Positions 1 through 9,083 of a stretch of 64,000 nucleotides of DNA are shown piece by piece. Numbering within the stretch: the first letter of the stretch is position 1; the number at the start of each line of letters is the position of its first letter. A program made the translations under genes and the position numbers. This DNA is from a virus. Below the pieces are notes generated by a model. The model made no database searches, was not told where the DNA came from, and saw only the letters and a program-made list of their open reading frames with translations. The DNA is taken from the IMG/VR virus record IMGVR_UViG_3300029092_000103. One strand, given 5' to 3'.

Positions 1-174
1 CAGGATGAGCAGAACGGTATCTTCAAGTATCTGGTGGAAGGCGGTGACCTTTCCCTTTACGGGCTGACCAATGCGGTCACCCGTGCTTCGCAGGATGTGG
101 AGTCCTATGACCGTGCGACTGCGCTGGAAGGCATCGGCTGGCAGATCATGCAAAGGAGAGAACTGTATGTATAA
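1..174 (+). CDS. C-terminal fragment of a hypothetical phage protein; the 5' end lies outside the window
   Basis: Frame 1 is open from position 1 to the TAA at 172-174 (...DLSLYGLTNAVTRASQDVESYDRATALEGIGWQIMQRRELYV*). No recognisable motif. Confidence 0.4.
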   Translation, partial: QDEQNGIFKYLVEGGDLSLYGLTNAVTRASQDVESYDRATALEGIGWQIMQRRELYV

Positions 175-289
175 AAAGAAGCAGAAGAAGGACCAGAAGA
201 AAAAGAAGCAGATCAAGCAGACACCGAAAAAACAGTATACAGACCAGCGAAAGAGCATCAGCCGGATGATGCACAGACGGACTGGGTAA
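167..289 (+). CDS. Small lysine-rich basic peptide (40 aa), hypothetical
   Basis: ATG at 167 follows AGGAGAG at 154-160. Product is MYKKKQKKDQKKKKQIKQTPKK... Confidence 0.3.
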   Translation: MYKKKQKKDQKKKKQIKQTPKKQYTDQRKSISRMMHRRTG

Positions 290-299
290 GGAGGTAGCC

Positions 300-2240
300 A
301 TGAAGGAATTACACATTGATATAGAAACGTATTCCTCTGCTGACCTTGCCAAGTGCGGCGTCTATAAATACACGGAATCCCCGGATTTTGAGATCCTGCT
401 GTTTGGCTATTCCAGTGACGGCGGTGAGGTCAAGGTCGTGGATCTGGCGTGTGGAGAGAAGCTGCCAAAAGAGATATTGGCCGCACTGGAGGATGAGAGC
501 GTGACGAAGCTGGCACACAATGCCTCATTCGAGCGTGTCTGCCTGTCCCGGTATCTGGGGTATCCGACCGGGGAGTATCTGAACCCGGAGGAGTGGAAGT
601 GTACGATGGTCTGGTCTGCCTATATGGGACTGCCACTGTCTCTGGCCGGAGTCGGTGCAGTGTTGGGGCTGGATAAGCAGAAGATGGGAGAAGGCAAAGA
701 CCTGATCCGTTATTTTTGCGTACCCTGTGCACCGACAAAGACCAATGGTGGGCGGACAAGGAATCTTCCCTCCGATGCACCGGATAAGTGGGATGTCTTC
801 AAAAAATATAATGTGCGGGATGTTGAGGTCGAGATGCAGATCCAGCAGAAGCTGGAGCGTTTCCCGGTGCCAGATTCCGTATGGGAGGAATATGCTATCG
901 ATCAGGAAATCAACGACCGTGGCGTAAGGATTGATGGCGTGCTGGTACAGAACGCCATTGCAATGGACACCGAGATCAAGGAAGAATTGAAAACAAAGAT
1001 GCAGGAGCTGACTGCACTTGAGAACCCGAATTCCGTATCCCAGTTGTCCGGGTGGCTTGCTGATAACGGAGTGGAGACAGACAGTCTGGGTAAGAAGCAG
1101 GTCAAGGCTCTTATGGAAGAAGTACCGGAGGAGATCCGGGAAGTGCTGCGTCTGCGTCAGCAGCTGGCAAAAAGCAGTGTGAAAAAGTATCAGGCCATGA
1201 AGAATGCTGCCTGCTCGGACGGCCGGGCAAGAGGAATGTTCATGTTCTACGGAGCAAACCGCACCGGCAGGTTTTCAGGCCGCCTCATTCAGATGCAGAA
1301 CCTTCCTCAGAACCATCTGCCGGATCTGGCAGAGGCGAGAGCACTGGTACGGCAGGGAAATCTGGAAGCGGTGAAGATGCTGTATGGGGATGTGCCGGAT
1401 ACATTGTCCCAGCTCATCCGTACTGCATTCATCCCCAGAGAGGGCGCAAGGTTCTATGTGGCAGACTTTTCCGCCATCGAAGCCAGAGTCCTTTCCTGGA
1501 TCGCAGGGGAAGAATGGCGCATGGAGGTTTTTGCCTCTGGCGGCGATATCTACTGTGCAACGGCCTCCCGTATGTTCGGAGTGCCGGTCGTAAAGCATGG
1601 TGAGAATGGTGAACTGCGGCAGAAAGGGAAACAGGCGGAACTCAGCTGTGGTTACGGCGGCTCCGTTGGCGCATTGAAAGCGATGGGCGCTTTGGAACTT
1701 GGCATGAAAGAGGAAGAACTGAAACCGCTGGTGGATTCCTGGCGGTCAGCGAATCCGAACATCGTCCGGCTCTGGGGCGAGATCGAACGAGCAGCCATCC
1801 ATGTCATCAAGACCAAAGAGCCACAGCAGGTGAAGTGCCTGCGGTTCACTTACCAGTCTGGTTTTCTCTTTATTTATCTTCCCTCTGGCAGAAAGTTGGC
1901 GTATGTGAAACCGAGACTGGGAGAAAACCAGTTCGGCGGAACTTCCATTACCTACGAGGGTGTTGGCGGTACAAAGAAGTGGGAGAGGCTGGAGAGCTTT
2001 GGCGGCAAGCTGACCGAGAACGTGATCCAGGCAATCAGCCGTGATATCCTCTGCTATGCCATGCGCACACTCCGCTGCTGTTCCATTGTGATGCATGTGC
2101 ATGACGAGCTGATCATCGAAGCAGACCCACGGGTCAGCCTGGAAGCAATCTGTGAGCAGATGGGACGAACCCCGCCGTGGACACCGGGGCTGGTTTTGCG
2201 GGCAGATGGCTTTACTTCGGATTTTTATATGAAGGATTAA
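300..2240 (+). CDS. Family A (PolI-like) DNA polymerase with N-terminal 3'-5' exonuclease
   Basis: Exonuclease motifs DIETYS and HNASFE are present. Pol A motif A (YVADFSAIEARVLSW), motif B (RQKGKQAELSCGYGGS) and motif C (HVHDELII) are present. RBS GGAGGT lies upstream of the ATG. Confidence 0.9.
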   Translation: MKELHIDIETYSSADLAKCGVYKYTESPDFEILLFGYSSDGGEVKVVDLACGEKLPKEILAALEDESVTKLAHNASFERVCLSRYLGYPTGEYLNPEEWKCTMVWSAYMGLPLSLAGVGAVLGLDKQKMGEGKDLIRYFCVPCAPTKTNGGRTRNLPSDAPDKWDVFKKYNVRDVEVEMQIQQKLERFPVPDSVWEEYAIDQEINDRGVRIDGVLVQNAIAMDTEIKEELKTKMQELTALENPNSVSQLSGWLADNGVETDSLGKKQVKALMEEVPEEIREVLRLRQQLAKSSVKKYQAMKNAACSDGRARGMFMFYGANRTGRFSGRLIQMQNLPQNHLPDLAEARALVRQGNLEAVKMLYGDVPDTLSQLIRTAFIPREGARFYVADFSAIEARVLSWIAGEEWRMEVFASGGDIYCATASRMFGVPVVKHGENGELRQKGKQAELSCGYGGSVGALKAMGALELGMKEEELKPLVDSWRSANPNIVRLWGEIERAAIHVIKTKEPQQVKCLRFTYQSGFLFIYLPSGRKLAYVKPRLGENQFGGTSITYEGVGGTKKWERLESFGGKLTENVIQAISRDILCYAMRTLRCCSIVMHVHDELIIEADPRVSLEAICEQMGRTPPWTPGLVLRADGFTSDFYMKD

Positions 2241-2371
2241 GGGACAAGAGAAAAAGGAACAAGAAAAACTGAAAAAAATTAAGAGAAACAGGTTATAAAA
2301 GACCTCCGAAAATCTGGCGTGGTAGAGGGGAGCACTCCCTTACTCTATAGATTTTCGGAGGTCATTTTATT

Positions 2372-3130
2372 ATGTTAGAAGTTTTTGATTATCAGGGTCA
2401 GCAGGTTAGGACGGATTATAAGGACGAAGCCGTATGGTTTGTTGCAGCGGATGTGTGTCGGGTGCTGGATATCATCAACCCCACAATGGCAGTGGGGCGT
2501 TTGGATGATGACGAAAAGGGTCTAAGTAGTATTGAGACCCTTGGTGGAAATCAGCAGATGGTGGTAGTGAACGAAGCCGGGCTTTATTCTCTGATCCTCA
2601 CGAGCCGTAAACCGCAGGCAAAGGAATTCAAGCGTTGGGTCACGCATGACGTACTGCCGTCCATCCGCAAGCATGGTCTGTATGCCATTGATGATGTGTT
2701 GGAAAATCCGGATTTGCTGATTAAGGCGCTGACAGAGCTGAAGAAGGAGCGCGAAGAGAAGAAACGTCTGGAACTGGAGAATGCAGTCAAGGCACAGCAG
2801 ATCGCCGAGATGCAGCCGAAAGTTTCCTATTACGATATTGTCCTTGCCTGCCCGGATCTTGTAACCATTACCCAGATCGCAAAGGACTTCGGGATGTCGG
2901 CGAAAAAGCTCAATAAGATCCTGAAGGAAAAGAAGATCCAGTTTAAGCAGGGCAGGACATGGTTTTTGTATCAGAAGTATGCCGAGCAGGGCTACACCCA
3001 GAGCAAGACTTACCTCTATGACGAGGATAACCATACAGCCATGCATACGCTCTGGACGCAGAAAGGCCGGCTGTTTATTTATGAACTTCTGAAGGCAGAC
3101 GGGATTTTGCCGGTTATGGAGCGTGAGTAA
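2372..3130 (+). CDS. BRO-N domain / KilA-C phage antirepressor-like protein
   Basis: N-terminal BRO-N signature (FDYQGQQVRT...WFVAADVCRVLDI...NEAGLYSLIL...EFKRWVTHDVLPSIRKHG). C-terminal region resembles KilA-C/antA. Confidence 0.8.
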   Translation: MLEVFDYQGQQVRTDYKDEAVWFVAADVCRVLDIINPTMAVGRLDDDEKGLSSIETLGGNQQMVVVNEAGLYSLILTSRKPQAKEFKRWVTHDVLPSIRKHGLYAIDDVLENPDLLIKALTELKKEREEKKRLELENAVKAQQIAEMQPKVSYYDIVLACPDLVTITQIAKDFGMSAKKLNKILKEKKIQFKQGRTWFLYQKYAEQGYTQSKTYLYDEDNHTAMHTLWTQKGRLFIYELLKADGILPVMERE

Positions 3131-3169
3131 GGAAATGGAAAGAGAAGCAAGAAGTGTAGGAGGAAAGCG

Positions 3170-5521
3170 ATGAGAGACTTGAATATTGCCTACGGCAACA
3201 GCTGCATGGCGAAGAAATGGTCGAATAAGACGATCACCTTTGGGGAGCTGTGCGGCCGGCTGGAAAATACGATAAGAACCACGGAGACAGTCGAGGAATA
3301 CCAGAAGATGAAGCGCGCCGAGCGTGAAGCTGCCAAGGATAAGGGCGGCTTTGTCGGTGGTCAGCTGAAGGGCGGCAGAAGAAAGAGAGAAAATGTGGTC
3401 AGTCGTTCTATGCTGACGATGGATGTGGATAAGGGTGAAAAAGGCTTCATCGAAAGCTATGAGATGCTGGCCTCGTATACCTCTGTCCTCTATACCACCC
3501 ACGGACACACCCCGGAAGCACCTCGTTTCCGCATCATCATCCCGCTGACCCGTGATGTGACCCCGGATGAATACCAGGCCATTGCCCGGTACTTCGCAGC
3601 CGAATGGGGCATCGACCAGTTTGATGAATGCTCGTATCGCCCGCATCAGCTGATGTACTGGCCGACTACGCCATCGAATGGAGAGTATGTCTGTGAAAAG
3701 GTGGAGGGCGAATGGCTTGACCCGGATGTTTTTCTTTCTTTGCACCCTAACTGGCAGGACTGTTCTCTGCTTCCGACCAGCAGTAGAGAGAGCGAGGTAA
3801 AGGAAAACAGCGGCAAGAAGATGGAGGACCCGGAGGCAAAAGGCGGCGTGGTTGGACTGTTCTGCCGCGCCTATCCGATCCGTGAAGCCATCGACACCTT
3901 CCTTTCCAATGTCTATGAGCCGTCTGCCAACATTCCTGGCCGCTATTCCTATATCCCGGCGGATTCCTCTGCCGGCGTGCAGATTTTTGAAGAGAAGTTC
4001 GCGCACTCCTTCCATGCATCTGACCCCGCCTGTGGCCGTTCTCTGAATTCCTTTGACCTTGTGCGGGTACACAAGTTTGGGGATGAAGATGAGAAAAAGA
4101 GCTTCCAGGCAATGTGTGATTTTGCGATGAGTCTGGATAAGGTCAGGGTGCTGGCGGCAGAGGAGAAGAAAGCGGAAGCCGATATGGACTTCGATGACGG
4201 TGAGGACTGGAGAGAGAAGTTAAGGTATATGCCCAGAAGCAAGGTACTGGAGAACAGTGTCTTTAACGAGGTGCTGATCCTTAATAATGACCCGGAATTC
4301 CAGAATTTTGCGTTTAACGAGATGGCAAACCGCATCCAGATCACAGGAGAAGTTCCGTGGAACCGCCCGGACGATAACAAGTTCTGGCGCGATGCAGATA
4401 CCGCACAGCTGAAAGCCATCCTTGATACCCGCTATACCTCATTCTCTACCCGCAATCACGATGTGAGCTTTCTGAAAGTGGCGGACGACCGCAGTTTCCA
4501 CCCAGTCAGGGATTATTTGGACGGCCTGCCGTCTTGGGACGGTAAGGAACGGGTGGATACCCTGTTGATTGATTATTTTGATGCGGACGATACTCTGTAT
4601 GTCCGTGCGGTGACCCGGAAGATGCTGGTGGCAGCAGTCACCCGTATCTACCATCCCGGCACGAAGTTTGACTCTGTTCCGGTATTAGATGGTAAGCAGG
4701 GTATAGGAAAAAGTACGTTCTTAAAGGATCTGTGTGGAGAGGAATACTATGCCGACAACCTGAGTCTGACGGACATGAACGATAAGGCTGCCGCAGAGAA
4801 ACTGCAGGGATTCTGGATCGTTGAGATTCCGGAGCTCGCCGGTATGAAGAAGGCGGACATCGAAAAGGTGAAGGCCTTCATTACGACCACCGATGATAAG
4901 TATCGTCCTTCTTACGGACGCACCGTGGAATCCCACCCGCGGCAGTGCGTAGTGATTGCCAGTGTCAACGGTGAGAGGGGATACCTGCGTGATATCACCG
5001 GCAACCGCCGCTTCTGGGTCGTTAAGCTGAAGCAGACAGAGCAGAAGCGTAAGTGGCACTTTACACAGGAGGAGAAAGACCAGATCTGGGCGGAAGCCAA
5101 GAAGTACTATGAAGAAGGGGAGAAATTGTATTTAGAGGGTGAGCTGCTGGAGAGTGCAGAAATGGAACAGAAGAAGGCGATGGAGCTGGATGAGCGTCAG
5201 GGAATTGTCGAAGATTACCTGAATATGCTTCTGCCGGAACGCTGGGAGAAGATGGACCTCTATGCGAGAAGAAGCTATATCAACGAGAAGGATGGGCCGA
5301 CGGTAGAAAAGGGAACGGTGAAGAGGGAGTATGTCAGCAATGTGGAGATCTGGAGCGAGTGCTTCGGACGCTCGCCGTCTGATATGAAACCTGCGGATTC
5401 TTATTCTATCGCCGCGCTCATGACGCAGATTCCGGGCTGGGAGAGATCGAAAGACTGTAGGAAAAAGGGAATCTACGGAAAGCAGAGAGTGTACGTCAGA
5501 ACAGAGGAACAGGAAAAGTAA
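3170..5521 (+). CDS. Primase/helicase, VirE (virulence-associated protein E) family P-loop NTPase
   Basis: Walker A DGKQGIGKST is followed by a VirE-like C-terminal region. RBS AGGAGGA precedes the start. Confidence 0.8.
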   Translation: MRDLNIAYGNSCMAKKWSNKTITFGELCGRLENTIRTTETVEEYQKMKRAEREAAKDKGGFVGGQLKGGRRKRENVVSRSMLTMDVDKGEKGFIESYEMLASYTSVLYTTHGHTPEAPRFRIIIPLTRDVTPDEYQAIARYFAAEWGIDQFDECSYRPHQLMYWPTTPSNGEYVCEKVEGEWLDPDVFLSLHPNWQDCSLLPTSSRESEVKENSGKKMEDPEAKGGVVGLFCRAYPIREAIDTFLSNVYEPSANIPGRYSYIPADSSAGVQIFEEKFAHSFHASDPACGRSLNSFDLVRVHKFGDEDEKKSFQAMCDFAMSLDKVRVLAAEEKKAEADMDFDDGEDWREKLRYMPRSKVLENSVFNEVLILNNDPEFQNFAFNEMANRIQITGEVPWNRPDDNKFWRDADTAQLKAILDTRYTSFSTRNHDVSFLKVADDRSFHPVRDYLDGLPSWDGKERVDTLLIDYFDADDTLYVRAVTRKMLVAAVTRIYHPGTKFDSVPVLDGKQGIGKSTFLKDLCGEEYYADNLSLTDMNDKAAAEKLQGFWIVEIPELAGMKKADIEKVKAFITTTDDKYRPSYGRTVESHPRQCVVIASVNGERGYLRDITGNRRFWVVKLKQTEQKRKWHFTQEEKDQIWAEAKKYYEEGEKLYLEGELLESAEMEQKKAMELDERQGIVEDYLNMLLPERWEKMDLYARRSYINEKDGPTVEKGTVKREYVSNVEIWSECFGRSPSDMKPADSYSIAALMTQIPGWERSKDCRKKGIYGKQRVYVRTEEQEK

Positions 5522-5966
5522 GAAAAATCAAGGGAACAGGGAACAAGTGACAGGAAAGCGGTAAAAGAAAACAGGTAACAAGGGAACAGGAGAACAAGCA
5601 AAACGCAAAAGAAAAACGTATAGCGGAGAGGGCGGGGTGGGCGGTAGCTAAGTTCAAAAGGTGTCAACTATATGGGACAAGACCAACTTTTTCTATATAG
5701 AGTCTTTTGGTAAAAAGAAAAAACAGAAGAGTGTGTAATACGCATATAGGGGAAATAGCTATATAGAGAAAAAAGCGTGCTTGTTGTGAACCTGTTCCTT
5801 TTTACTTTATATCAACCCTAAAAAATAGCGTAAATACAAGGAAAAACGGGAAAATGGCAAAGGGGAACAGAAGCCGAAAAAAGACAACAGATAAGGAAAA
5901 ACGAAACAAGAAGGATGGCGCGGTGCCGCGCAGGGCGGGTTTTGGGGTATAGAGGAGATTAAGAAT
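5522..5966. repeat. 445-bp purine-rich non-coding region with repeats and inverted motifs; candidate replication origin
   Basis: GGGAACAGG repeats occur around 5533-5595 and the complementary CCTGTTCC lies at about 5793. Three CTATAT(A/G)G palindromic copies lie at 5669-5770. No ORF is longer than 30 aa. It sits directly downstream of the primase gene. Confidence 0.35.
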
Positions 5967-6251
5967 ATGAGGGAGAGAGACGTAGAGCAGAAATTAAGGA
6001 GCGAGGTAGAAAAGAGGGGTGGCAGGTGCTTTAAGTTTTTGTCTTCCGTATCTGGTGTGCCAGATCGGCTGCTTTTACTTCCCGGTGGTCTAGTAATTTT
6101 CGTGGAACTGAAGAAAGAGGGCGAGAAGCCAAGGAAGCTGCAGGAGGTACAGATGCGAAAAATAAGGGAATTGGGGTTTCATGTCCGGGTCGTGGACAGC
6201 GAACAGGGAATTCAGGAATTAATGAGGGAGATAGAAGATTGGAAAAGTTAA
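5967..6251 (+). CDS. VRR-NUC domain nuclease (PD-(D/E)xK)
   Basis: GVPDRLLLLPGG...VELKKEG matches the VRR-NUC core. Confidence 0.8.
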   Translation: MRERDVEQKLRSEVEKRGGRCFKFLSSVSGVPDRLLLLPGGLVIFVELKKEGEKPRKLQEVQMRKIRELGFHVRVVDSEQGIQELMREIEDWKS

Positions 6252-7618
6252 AGAGGGAGAATATGCACGAGTACCAGAGGTACTGTGTGGATTTCATAGA
6301 GACCCATGAAGAGGCAGCTGTATTGTTGGATATGGGACTGGGCAAAACAGCGATCGCACTGACTGCAATCTTTGATCTGGTCTATGACTTCTTTCTGGTG
6401 AGAAAGGTGCTGGTGGTGGCACCGCTTAGAGTGGCGAGAGATCAGTGGATCGCGGAAGTCGGAAAATGGGAGCATTTGTCGGATTTGAGGGTAAGCGTGG
6501 TGGTAGGTAGTGAACAGGAGAGAAAGGTCGCACTTATGCGAAGCGCGGATGTGTATGTGATAAATCGTGAGAATGTGGCATGGCTGGTAGAAAAAAGCGG
6601 AGCCGTTCTGGATTTTGACATGCTCGTGGTGGATGAGCTGAGTTCTTTTAAGAATTCAGACAGTAAGAGGTTCAAGGGGTTGATGAAATTAAGACCGAAG
6701 ATAAAAAGAACGGTAGGTCTGACAGGCACACCTGCATCCAACGGCTTAATGGATCTCTTTGCTGAGTATAAGCTGCTGGATAAGGGAAAGCGGCTGGGAA
6801 GGTTCATTACGAGGTACCGGGCTGATTACTTCAAGCCGGACAAGATGAACGGAGCAGTGGTCTACTCCTACAAGCCGCTCCCGTTTGCTGAGGAGGAAAT
6901 CTATAAAAAGATTTCTGACATGACCATTTCCATGAAGTCTACGGATTACTTACAGATGCCGGAAAAGGTCGTGACCGAGTGTATGGTCACGATGGATGAA
7001 AAGGAAAAGAAAAAATATGATGAGCTGAAAAAAGAATTGGTGCTGAACATGGGGGAAGAAAACGAGATCACAGCAGCAAATGCAGCTGCTCTCTGCGGAA
7101 AACTATCCCAGCTGGCGAATGGTGCAATCTACACCGATGACAAAAAGGTGATGCAGTTCCATGATAAAAAGCTGGATGCCCTGGAAGACCTGATTGAGGC
7201 CGCCAATGGAAAACCGGTTCTGGTAGCGTACTGGTACCAGCATGATCTGGAACGGATCAGGAAAAGACTGGATGAGAAGAAGATCGAGTATGACAAGATC
7301 GACAGCGGCGAGAGCATTAAGCGGTGGAATGCCGGTCAGCTTCCGGTCGGTCTGATCCACCCGGCTTCTGCCGGTCATGGGCTGAATCTTCAGAGCGGCG
7401 GCAACTGTATCATCTGGTTTGGAATCACATGGTCGCTGGAACTTTACCAGCAGACCAACGGAAGATTGTGGCGGCAGGGACAAAATTCTCAGACGGTGGT
7501 TATAAATCATATCATCACATCTGGCACTATAGATGAGAGGATTCTCCGGGTGCTCAAAGGTAAGGATGCGACACAGGAGGAGCTGATCGATGCAGTAAAA
7601 GCTAACTTAGGAGGATAA
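6239..7618 (+). CDS. SNF2-family DEAD/DEAH-box helicase
   Basis: Motif I LLDMGLGKT and motif II VVDELSSF are present, followed by a C-terminal helicase-C-like region. Pairing with VRR-NUC is typical in phages. Confidence 0.85.
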   Translation: MEKLKRENMHEYQRYCVDFIETHEEAAVLLDMGLGKTAIALTAIFDLVYDFFLVRKVLVVAPLRVARDQWIAEVGKWEHLSDLRVSVVVGSEQERKVALMRSADVYVINRENVAWLVEKSGAVLDFDMLVVDELSSFKNSDSKRFKGLMKLRPKIKRTVGLTGTPASNGLMDLFAEYKLLDKGKRLGRFITRYRADYFKPDKMNGAVVYSYKPLPFAEEEIYKKISDMTISMKSTDYLQMPEKVVTECMVTMDEKEKKKYDELKKELVLNMGEENEITAANAAALCGKLSQLANGAIYTDDKKVMQFHDKKLDALEDLIEAANGKPVLVAYWYQHDLERIRKRLDEKKIEYDKIDSGESIKRWNAGQLPVGLIHPASAGHGLNLQSGGNCIIWFGITWSLELYQQTNGRLWRQGQNSQTVVINHIITSGTIDERILRVLKGKDATQEELIDAVKANLGG

Positions 7619-7622
7619 AAAG

Positions 7623-7856
7623 ATGGCAAGTGAATTTGAACCGTATGAGAATCTGGCTAATGCGATTATTATTTCGGCAGCAGAGGACTACCGGGTCGCA
7701 CTCCGCAGACAGATGCGGCATCCCGACGGTCAAGAGACAAAACACACAGTGGACCGTTTGGAGAACTTTTTCCGATCGGCATGGTTTGGAGTGTTGACGG
7801 ATGTTGACGGTGAGTATCTGATGGCCCGTATCAGAAAAGAAGTTGAAGCAGCATAA
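7623..7856 (+). CDS. Hypothetical protein (77 aa)
   Basis: ORF with RBS GGAGGAT upstream, positionally coupled to the helicase gene. Confidence 0.5.
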   Translation: MASEFEPYENLANAIIISAAEDYRVALRRQMRHPDGQETKHTVDRLENFFRSAWFGVLTDVDGEYLMARIRKEVEAA

Positions 7857-7927
7857 AACGGGAAACGATGACAAACAAAGACAAAACATGCCAATCCGAG
7901 TGGAATAAAAATTCGGAGGTATGCAAG

Positions 7928-8377
7928 ATGAGCATTATGTGGAAGTACCTGGATAAGAGAGCGGCAGCAATTAAGGCTATCGGTGACTACGATAATATGC
8001 AGTTCATTATCCGCAATACAAAAGATGAGATTACGGTTGAGAGTGACAGAATGGTGGGTGTGGGAAGCCCGAACATGGATGGCATGCCACACGCCCACAA
8101 TCCGCAGGCGGGAGAGGAGAGGATTCTGGATGGCATCGAGAAAATTGATATTCTGAAAGAACGGTATCGGCAGGCGGTCGAGTACATGGACTGGTTTCAG
8201 CCAGCGTGGGATGGTCTGACGGAAGATGACAAGTATGTTCTGGAATGCTTCTATCAGACGGAAAGCAGCGATGTGAATCTGATCTGCGACCACTTCGGTA
8301 TTGAACGTTCCTCAGCTTATAACAAAAAGAACCGTGCGCTGGACAAGTTGGTCACACGGCTCTATGGCAAGGATTGA
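7928..8377 (+). CDS. ArpU/RinA-like phage late transcriptional regulator (sigma-70 region 4-like helix-turn-helix, HTH)
   Basis: C-terminal LTEDDKYVLECFY...ERSSAYNKKNRALDKL resembles a sigma region-4 HTH. ATG 7928 has GGAGG eight nt upstream. The alternative start at 7868 has a weaker RBS. Confidence 0.6.
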   Translation: MSIMWKYLDKRAAAIKAIGDYDNMQFIIRNTKDEITVESDRMVGVGSPNMDGMPHAHNPQAGEERILDGIEKIDILKERYRQAVEYMDWFQPAWDGLTEDDKYVLECFYQTESSDVNLICDHFGIERSSAYNKKNRALDKLVTRLYGKD

Positions 8378-8383
8378 TTCACG

Positions 8384-8412
8384 GGGCTCCGAAAGGGGCC
8401 TCGATTTTTTTG
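8384..8412 (+). terminator. Rho-independent terminator after the ArpU-like gene
   Basis: Hairpin GGGGCUCC-GAAA-GGGGCCUC (with two G-U pairs) followed by a T7 run. Confidence 0.6.
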
Positions 8413-8430
8413 CCGTTTTGTGGATTTTTT

Positions 8431-8592
8431 GTGATGAGTAAAATCGTGGACGACTTTATGGCAGGAGTGTGTTATGATGGGAGCATGAAAAAAGGCCAGA
8501 CGAGAATGGCCGGAGCAAATGAGTAAAATCGTGGACGACATGGCGGACAAAGTGTGCTATGCTAGTACCATGAAAATAGGCCCGGAGGAAAT
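8431..8592. repeat. Two tandem ~75-bp imperfect direct repeats, each starting ATGAGTAAAATCGTGGACGAC
   Basis: The copies are about 80% identical and differ by an in-frame 3-nt indel (TTT). Each opens a small ORF. Confidence 0.7.
8434..8526 (+). CDS. Small ORF in repeat copy A (30 aa, MSKIVDDFMAGVCYDGSMKKGQTRMAGANE); speculative
   Basis: Its stop overlaps the start of the copy-B ORF (AATGAGTAA). No clear RBS. Confidence 0.2.
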   Translation: MSKIVDDFMAGVCYDGSMKKGQTRMAGANE

Positions 8593-8662
8593 CCGGGAGA
8601 GCAGAAGCCTTGGAGGATTGATTCCCCCAGGGCTATTTTTATGCCCGGAAGGGGGAGGATAA
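8519..8662 (+). CDS. Small ORF in repeat copy B (47 aa, MSKIVDDMADKVCYASTMKIGPEEIRESRSLGGLIPPGLFLCPEGGG); candidate antitoxin or leader, translationally coupled to the MazF-like gene
   Basis: GGAG lies 3 nt upstream. Its stop TAA at 8660-8662 is 1 nt before the toxin ATG at 8664. Its last codons GGGGGAGGA supply the toxin's RBS. The differences between copies A and B preserve the reading frame and include synonymous changes (GCA/GCG, TGT/TGC). Confidence 0.3.
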   Translation: MSKIVDDMADKVCYASTMKIGPEEIRESRSLGGLIPPGLFLCPEGGG

Positions 8663-8663
8663 G

Positions 8664-9083
8664 ATGGGCAGAAAGAACCGACCTGTAAAAATACGTAAGA
8701 AGTCGCTTCCTGATGTCACCAGAATTCAGCCGCCAAAGCGGATGGACATCTGGTACGCACATTTGAGAGAGAACACTGGAACCTCAGTGCAGGAGGGCAG
8801 TCGTCCGGTGCTGGTCATCAGCAATGATATGGCAAATAAGAATTCTGATGTGGTCACTGTGATCCCGCTGACTAGTCAGATGAAGAGAATTGAACTGCCG
8901 ACGCACTGCATTATTCATGATCTGCTGGACGAGGATTCTGTTGTTCTGGCAGAGCAGATCACTGCAATTCCGAAGTGGAGATTACACAGGAAACTGTGCA
9001 GCTGCACGGATGAAGTGCAGGTAAGTGAAATAGAAAGAGCTGTAAAGGTACAGCTTGGATTGGAGGACGAAACCAATGAGTAA
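8664..9083 (+). CDS. mazF: MazF/PemK-family endoribonuclease toxin (EndoA/NdoA-like), with a basic N-terminal extension of about 26 aa
   Basis: DIWYAHL...GSRPVLVISND...VVTVIPLTSQMKRIELPTHCIIH...DSVVLAEQITAIPKWRL aligns nearly collinearly with B. subtilis EndoA (DVYFADL...GVRPVLVIQND...AIVAAITAQ..KLPTHVEI...DSVILLEQIRTIDKQRL). The alternative start at 8742 lacks an RBS. Confidence 0.85.
   Translation: MGRKNRPVKIRKKSLPDVTRIQPPKRMDIWYAHLRENTGTSVQEGSRPVLVISNDMANKNSDVVTVIPLTSQMKRIELPTHCIIHDLLDEDSVVLAEQITAIPKWRLHRKLCSCTDEVQVSEIERAVKVQLGLEDETNE

Noticed and set aside
2522-4072. 516-aa minus-strand ORF overlapping the antirepressor and primase genes
   Set aside because: It is antisense to two well-supported plus-strand genes. 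It has an Arg/Leu/Gly-rich low-complexity translation typical of GC-rich antisense frames. No RBS.
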